Source: Rebecca billardiae RCC1528
Taxonomy: Eukaryota > Protista > Haptophyta
Assembly: GCA_965240325.2 (NCBI GenBank)
Contig: OZ251231.1
Location: forward strand, 930,001-994,000
DNA: 64,000 nt
Direction of reading: 5' to 3'
Position 1 is the stretch's first letter, and every line of letters begins with the position of its first letter. The notes beneath the pieces were generated by a model. The model saw nothing but the letters and a program-made list of their open reading frames with translations. It made no database searches and was not told the origin of the DNA. The position numbers and the translations under genes are program-made. This document shows, piece by piece, positions 58,416 through 64,000 of this stretch.

Positions 58416-60944
58416 TCATGTCATCATCGCGAATGTCAGTGAGGCGTCGCGGGCGGTTTTCGGACGGCGCCACGCCTCGGCCGGCGCGTGGCCCATGCAC
58501 CATCGCCGGCGCTTCTCGCCCGGGAGCACATAGTCGGCGGTGCGCGCGCAGCCGTTCGCCTCGCATCGGCGGCGCTTGACGCTCAGCGCGTCCGGCGGCG
58601 CGTGCTGCGCGCACCAGCGGCGGCGGCGGCGGCTCGCGGTCGGCAGGGCATACGACGCTTCGAGCTCGCACCCCTCGCGTTCGCACGTGCTGTACGCCCG
58701 GCCGCGGGAAGGCGGCGGCTCCTTCTGCGGAGGCGGCGGCATGCTAGCCGGCACGTGCAAGCAGCGCCTCTCGACGCACGCCTTCCGCCGCCGCCGCGGG
58801 TTTCGGCAAGGGCCGCACTGCCCGCACGGCGCGCGGCGGCAGCCGGCGCACACGCCGCAGCGCTTGAGCGTCAGCCGGGGCTCGCGCACGCACACGCGCT
58901 TGAGGCAGCGCCGCGCGCCCGAGGGGTGGCGGCACGCGCTGCACGCGCCGCACGGCGCGCGCTTGCAGCCCGCGCACGTGCGGCAGCTCAGCCTGAGGAA
59001 GACGCACTTGGAGCGCGTGCATGGCTTCTGCCGCTGCGGGTGTGTGCAGTTCGCGCACGAGCCGCACGGCGGGCGCGTGCAGCCAGCGCACTGGCCGCAC
59101 CGCCTGCTCGTCGCCATCGGCGTCTCCCGGAAGCACGCGCGCCGCACGCACCGCCGCGTCCCAGACGGCTCGAGGCAGTGGGGGCACAGGCCGCACGGTC
59201 GGCGCATGCACGCCGAGCACGTGCCGCACGGGGCGGCATGCGCCTCCCTCGCGCGCTTGCGCGGCGGCTTGCTCGACGGCTCGACGCACTTGCGCGCGAC
59301 GCAGCGCTGCTTGCGCTCGGGACGGAGGCAGTGGGCGCATTGCCCGCACGGCGCGCGCGTGCACGCCGCACACGTGCCGCACGGCGCGCGGTTGCGGCGC
59401 CGCTTCGGCTGCACGGCGCCGTCGTCGGTCTGGCCGTCGGCCGCGGCGCCGTCGCGCGCGGGCGGGGCGGCCGGCGCGCCGACGCCGACGCCGACCGCCG
59501 CTCCGCTCGGCGCAGCATCGCGCTCCTTGCGCACGAAGATGGGCTCGAGCGCGCTCGCCGGGTGGAGGGCCTTGAGGTGGCTGCTCACATGGTGCCTCCG
59601 GTTGAGCCGGAACCCGTTTTTGGCGCGGCCGGGGATGAACGTCGTGCACACCCACTCGCCGTCGAGCAGGGTCGCGAATGGGCAGCGGTAGAGGCCTCTC
59701 GCGGAGCTGCGTCGCACCCGCTCGGCGCCGCCGGCCGCACCTTCGTGCGTAACAGCCGCCCCGCCCTCGCCGTCGCCGCCTGCGTCCGCAACTACAGCCC
59801 CGCCGCCGCCGTCGTCCGCGCGGCCATCGCCGTTCGGCGCGTGCGAGCGCGATGGCACCGAGGGCGGAGGCAGTGGCCCAGCGCGCTCGCTGCCACCCAG
59901 GCTGCTCGGCAGCGAGACGAGCGCGGCGGCCGCCGCAGCTTCGCGCGCTCCGTGCGCCGACGGGGCGATGCGAGTGCTGCCGCCCGCCGCACCGCCAGGC
60001 GCAGCGCCGCCGTCGAGGACGGCCGGCGGGCCGCCGCGCGCGGCGAGAGCATCGTCGAGCTGCCGCCGCCTGGGCCGCTTGCGCTGCCGGCCGGCCGGAG
60101 CGAATAAGAGCGGTTCTGGCGCCGGCTCCGACTGGCGCTTGCGCTTGGCGTGCGCCGCAAGACCGCGCGCACCGCTCTGCGCGTTGAGCCGACGCGTTTC
60201 CTCGCCTCGCGCCGCGCGCGCGCCCCCGCCGTTCGAGCGTGTGGGCGCGCGCGGCGCACCCGCCGGAGCGTCCGTCGGAGAGTCCGGCCTGGGCGCGAAG
60301 AGCGCCCGTTCGAGCTGTTCGTGCGCGTGGAGGACGTCGACCGCGCCCGGTGGCGCGTGGCGCGCGCACCATGCCCGCGAGCGCACCACGTAGCGGGCGC
60401 CCGGACGCCGGATGCCATGTGAGGCATTCTCCTCGCAGCCATCATGCAAGCACGAGACGTGCTTGTACGCGAGGTCGGCGGCGTTGGGCTGCCTCTGCAT
60501 CTCCTGCATCGCCTCGGCGATCTGTTGCACGTCGTGCTGCATCACCTCCTCGAGCACCACGCCGATCATGCGCGCGGCGCGCATCGCTGCACCGCTCACA
60601 GGGCACGGCCCGTCGCGCATGATTCTGCCCTTGGGCTGAGGCTCGACCAGGCGCGCCACATGCTCCACGGCCTGCTCGGAGAGGTGCTGCAGAGCCGGCC
60701 ACGCGTCCGCGCCTTCACCACCGGCATGCGCGTGGCGTTGTCGCAGCAGCCGCACCTGCGCCTGCTCCAGCCACGCACGCAGGCGCGCACGCCCCTCCGA
60801 GCTGACCGTGCGTTTGCCGCGCAGCCATTCGCGCAGGTCACGCTCACGAATGGCGCTCGCCCTCGCCGCGTGCTCCACTCCCAGCCCAGCGGCCTCCAGG
60901 TGCCGCGCGACGCGGGCCTTGAGTCGCGTCGGATCGTTGGCCAT
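58416..60944 (-). CDS. Multi-zinc-finger protein: HTH-like N-terminus, three EsV-1-7-like Cys/His motifs, one C2H2/BED-like finger and five tandem zf-CXXC domains
   Basis: Five CxxCxxC-x4-CGxCxxC-x8/9-C-x4-C units; C-x3-GC...WC-x2-HAP motifs; ARHLEAAGLGVEHAARASAIRERDLREWLRG. Confidence 0.85.
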   Translation of the reverse strand: MANDPTRLKARVARHLEAAGLGVEHAARASAIRERDLREWLRGKRTVSSEGRARLRAWLEQAQVRLLRQRHAHAGGEGADAWPALQHLSEQAVEHVARLVEPQPKGRIMRDGPCPVSGAAMRAARMIGVVLEEVMQHDVQQIAEAMQEMQRQPNAADLAYKHVSCLHDGCEENASHGIRRPGARYVVRSRAWCARHAPPGAVDVLHAHEQLERALFAPRPDSPTDAPAGAPRAPTRSNGGGARAARGEETRRLNAQSGARGLAAHAKRKRQSEPAPEPLLFAPAGRQRKRPRRRQLDDALAARGGPPAVLDGGAAPGGAAGGSTRIAPSAHGAREAAAAAALVSLPSSLGGSERAGPLPPPSVPSRSHAPNGDGRADDGGGGAVVADAGGDGEGGAAVTHEGAAGGAERVRRSSARGLYRCPFATLLDGEWVCTTFIPGRAKNGFRLNRRHHVSSHLKALHPASALEPIFVRKERDAAPSGAAVGVGVGAPAAPPARDGAAADGQTDDGAVQPKRRRNRAPCGTCAACTRAPCGQCAHCLRPERKQRCVARKCVEPSSKPPRKRAREAHAAPCGTCSACMRRPCGLCPHCLEPSGTRRCVRRACFRETPMATSRRCGQCAGCTRPPCGSCANCTHPQRQKPCTRSKCVFLRLSCRTCAGCKRAPCGACSACRHPSGARRCLKRVCVREPRLTLKRCGVCAGCRRAPCGQCGPCRNPRRRRKACVERRCLHVPASMPPPPQKEPPPSRGRAYSTCEREGCELEASYALPTASRRRRRWCAQHAPPDALSVKRRRCEANGCARTADYVLPGEKRRRWCMGHAPAEAWRRPKTARDASLTFAMMT

Positions 60945-61388
60945 GGATGGGCGATGGCGCCGACAGCGGCGGCCATCGACCAAGACTGTGTCGATCTCGC
61001 CTGCCTGAGCTGTGTGCGACTGTGCGTCTCTTATTCGGAGTAAACTGTAGTATACGGTACTGTCCAGTGTCTATTGTACTACTAGCATACTGCCGAGCCC
61101 GTGGACTCGTTGACTCATGAGTGGCCTCCGCCCAAGGGGAGTCCCCTTGCTCCGCCCGTTACCAGTACCCGGGGCCAAATTACCCGGCCCCGCGCGGACT
61201 TGAACTGTGACTCAGATTGCCAGAGTCTCACCAGAGTCCGAGACGACCGGTCCGGTTTGAGGTTGGGTGAGGGTGGTGGTTGGTTGGGGGCTGGCCAGGG
61301 TAGGGCTGGAGGCTTCGGCCGCCAGTCTGATCACCCGGAGCCCGTTATAAAGGGGAAATTTATACGGGTCCGCTGATTGTGAGAGTCC

Positions 61389-61389
<1 letters not shown>

Positions 61390-61432
<43 letters not shown>

Positions 61433-61452
61433 GGAGAGAGAGCCGAGAGAGA
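61390..61452. repeat. (GA)n microsatellite
   Basis: About 20 GA units plus a degenerate tail. Confidence 0.95.
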
Positions 61453-61583
61453 GCGGTTACTATAGTCAGGATCACCGCCGGACTCAGTAGTAGGACCGGG
61501 GACTCGTAAGTAAGGAATCGGTCACGGTACTAGACAAACAGTGAAACACTTAAGAGTAAGACCCGCGAACTCGAGGTCACTAG

Positions 61584-62552
61584 TCAGGAGCGCATCCTGC
61601 GCAACAGCAGTGCGAATCCCAGCGCGGCGCGCGCGGCCAGGCTTCCGGAGTCGTGTACCCGTCTGCGCCTGCGCGCGAGCACGAGGCGCTCGCCCCGCTG
61701 GAGCGACCCACGCCCCAGCAAGATGGCGCCCGACAGCAGTTCGTCCAGATCCTGCTGGCATCCGTCCACGAGCGCCGCGCGCTGGGCGCGTCGCGCGTCC
61801 TGCTCCTCCACGCTCGGGGCGGCGGCGTCGGCGCTGCCAGCTTGGTGCGCAGCGCGGGATGGCTCCTCACCAGGCGGCACGCGGCTCCAGATCTGCAGCT
61901 CGGCGGGGACGCTCGGCCACGAAGGTAACGGGATCGCCTCCGCACGTGCGAACCCTCCTGCATGCAGGGCTTGCAGAGCGCTCGGGCCAGCGGCCTGCGA
62001 CCCCGCATTGCCGCCATCCACCCAGGGCGAGTCGACGACGAGCGCGACGTGCGCACCGTCGAAGGCAGCGATGGCGTCCGCGGCCATCGACATCACGTGC
62101 GCGGGAGCGGTCTCGTCCACCTCGCACGGCGGCCAGCACAGCATGAGCGCCGAGCAGCGCACACCGGCCGCAGCGCCGGCATCGCCCTTGTCGACGCGCG
62201 TGAATGGGGGTGGCATGCACCAGCGCGCGTCGCGCTGGAGGGCGTGCTGCCAGTTGGGCCGCGCCTCGGGCTCAAGTGGCGCGGCATCGTATGCCTGCAC
62301 GCGCACGCCACGCGCGCGCAAGAGGCTCGCCCACAGGCCCGTGCCGGCGCCAATCTCGACCACGCCCGCGGGCTGCGCGACATGCGCGAGTGCGTCGAGC
62401 GCGCGGTCGCACGGTATGGCCCACGCGTAGATGCGGCGGAGAGGAGCCATGTACAAGGCCGCGTACGCCGCCTCGAAGCGCCCGACAAGCCCCGTGAGGG
62501 ACATCTCCCTCACGCAGCGCGAATGGAGCCGACGGAGCTCCGCCATCGTCAT
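61584..62552 (-). CDS. Class I SAM-dependent methyltransferase, uncharacterised family; start uncertain
   Basis: YAWAIP...ALDAL, motif I VVEIGAGTGLW, motif II VQAYD, ALMLCWPP. Confidence 0.82.
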   Translation of the reverse strand: MTMAELRRLHSRCVREMSLTGLVGRFEAAYAALYMAPLRRIYAWAIPCDRALDALAHVAQPAGVVEIGAGTGLWASLLRARGVRVQAYDAAPLEPEARPNWQHALQRDARWCMPPPFTRVDKGDAGAAAGVRCSALMLCWPPCEVDETAPAHVMSMAADAIAAFDGAHVALVVDSPWVDGGNAGSQAAGPSALQALHAGGFARAEAIPLPSWPSVPAELQIWSRVPPGEEPSRAAHQAGSADAAAPSVEEQDARRAQRAALVDGCQQDLDELLSGAILLGRGSLQRGERLVLARRRRRVHDSGSLAARAALGFALLLRRMRS

Positions 62553-62708
62553 CAACAACGCGGCCTCCTGAAACTCCAGAATGTTCGAGCAGAGATCGCA
62601 TCTCCGTGCAGACCTGGGCCCAGGATCGACTACGATAATTATTCGCGTTCGCGCCAATCAATCAGCGCTCTGATCAAACGCCCGGGCCCGCGAACGCACC
62701 GCATCGTA

Positions 62709-64000
62709 ATGCGCGCTAACGCGCTGTTGCACGCGGGCCTGCTCGCGGCGCTCGTCGGGCCTGGCGCGTCGTTCCGCGCACCCGGCCGCGTGCACCCCGG
62801 TGTGCGTGCTCCCATCCTACGCCGGGTGACGCAGCCCGCACCCATCGCGTGCTTCGCCAGCAAAACACTCGAGGACGAGGTCCCGCGCGAACGGCTGATT
62901 GAGATCTGCAACGCGCTGCGCGAGCGATGGGGCTCCGTCGAGCGGATATACGACACACTGCCGCACGCGACCGCGGACGGCGATGATGACGATGTCATCG
63001 ATATGGATGCCTTCATGCAGGCGCTCGTCGCCGCCAAAATCAGCGCGACGCCGCAGGAGATGGGCTCCATCTTCAAGGCATTCGATCTGGACAACTCGGG
63101 CACGCTCGAGCTCGAGGAGATCAGACTAGCGCTTCGCGAGAGCGGCGCGATCTTCCGCACGTATCAGCAGTCGCTCACCACGATGCTTGCCGCCATCGGC
63201 TCGGCGGCGCTCTTCGCCGCCGGCATCGCCGCCACGCGCGGGCTCTCGGACGCGGGCGACTTTGCGACCGCGTACATTGTGGAGGACTCGCTCTCGGTGG
63301 ACAACCTGTTCGTCTTCGTGCTGCTCTTCGAGTACTTCCGCGTGCCGCTGTGGCTGCAGCAGCGCTGCCTCACGCTCGGCATCGCCGGTGCGCGGCACGC
63401 GTCGACTCCGCTGCCGCGGCCGCGATCCGCGCGCGCGCGCGCACGCCCCCGCCGACCGCGCACCTCCCGCCCGCACGCGTCCCCTGCGCGCGCGCGCGGG
63501 CGCGCAGGCGCTGTGGTGCTCCGCGGCATCTTCATCGGTGGCGGGCTCGTGCTGATCGACAAGTTCCACGGGCTCGTCATCGGCTTCGGCCTCTTCCTCG
63601 TCTACTCGTCGTACAGCCTGCTCGCCGGCGGCGACGACGACGAGGAGGACGACATCGCGGACAACGCGGTCGTGCAGTGGGCGACCAGCACGCTCAACGC
63701 GACCAGCGACTTCGACGGAGGCCGGCTCTTCACGAAGCGCGGCCTGGAGCCGGGGGCGGCCGTGGGCGAGGGCCCTCTCGGCGTGCTGCTCTCAACGCTC
63801 GGCCGGCCCACGCCGCTGCTCCTCACGCTCATCTGCGTCGAGCTCTGCGACATCGTCTTTGCGGTCGACTCGATCCCGGCGGTGTTTGGCGTCACGTCCG
63901 ATCCCTTCATCGCGTTCACGTCCAACATCTTCGCCATCATCGGCCTGCGCTCGCTGTACTCGGTGCTGGCCTCGGCCGTGCAGGACCTGGTGCGCGCTCG
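62709..64000 (+). CDS. TERC: Plastid-targeted TerC-family membrane protein with an N-terminal EF-hand pair; partial (intron 63388-63507; next intron starts 63990)
   Basis: Signal peptide ending GASF plus an Arg-rich transit peptide; EF loop DLDNSGTLELEE; TerC motifs EDSLSVDNLFVF, G|AVVLRGIFI, VELCDIVFAVDSIPAVFGVT, FTSNIFAIIGLRSLY. Absent from the ORF track because the frame stays open to the window end. Confidence 0.93.
   Translation, partial: MRANALLHAGLLAALVGPGASFRAPGRVHPGVRAPILRRVTQPAPIACFASKTLEDEVPRERLIEICNALRERWGSVERIYDTLPHATADGDDDDVIDMDAFMQALVAAKISATPQEMGSIFKAFDLDNSGTLELEEIRLALRESGAIFRTYQQSLTTMLAAIGSAALFAAGIAATRGLSDAGDFATAYIVEDSLSVDNLFVFVLLFEYFRVPLWLQQRCLTLGIAGARHASTPLPRPRSARARARPRRPRTSRPHASPARARGRAGAVVLRGIFIGGGLVLIDKFHGLVIGFGLFLVYSSYSLLAGGDDDEEDDIADNAVVQWATSTLNATSDFDGGRLFTKRGLEPGAAVGEGPLGVLLSTLGRPTPLLLTLICVELCDIVFAVDSIPAVFGVTSDPFIAFTSNIFAIIGLRSLYSVLASAVQDLVRA

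Noticed and set aside
1007-63990. GTGCGC 5' splice sites and (GC)n-rich introns as a novel intron class or introner
   Set aside because: All are GT-AG with ordinary branch-like motifs and share no extended similarity; typical of GC-rich algae.
1-64000. tRNA, rRNA or snRNA genes
   Set aside because: None recognised by eye; tRNAscan-SE and Infernal would be needed to exclude them.

Overview
This is GC-rich, intron-containing eukaryotic nuclear DNA, most consistent with a haptophyte alga. A Pavlovales species such as Diacronema is my inference from the short GTGCGC...GCAG introns, the very high GC and a bipartite plastid-targeting peptide. About 23 protein-coding genes can be supported, many in tight head-to-head pairs: ALS/ILV2, an HMG-box protein, LEO1, a Tudor-less SMN, a Patched-like RND protein, MTK, NSA2, prefoldin 6, a coiled-coil/PH/RhoGEF protein, a ZBBX-like protein, a UPF0658-like membrane protein, a ~1,580-aa acidic tandem-repeat/PSI/TM surface protein, a 3xAP2 transcription factor, a BK-type K+ channel, CDC50, a CCR4/PDE12 nuclease, a MORC-like GHKL protein with an inserted Tudor-like domain, an AT-hook-like repeat protein, a 5xCXXC/EsV-1-7/HTH protein, a SAM methyltransferase and an EF-hand-TerC fusion that runs off the window. 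A ~5 kb repeat island (44.7-49.8 kb) holds foldback-like structures. The best candidates for new biology are (i) a co-oriented cluster of unusual chromatin/DNA readers around a hAT-like remnant at 51.7-62.6 kb, (ii) the EF-hand-TerC fusion, (iii) a Patched-type protein in an alga and (iv) satellite-terminated foldback elements. All calls come from reading motifs by eye; no database searches were run. Intron coordinates are manual GT-AG predictions.
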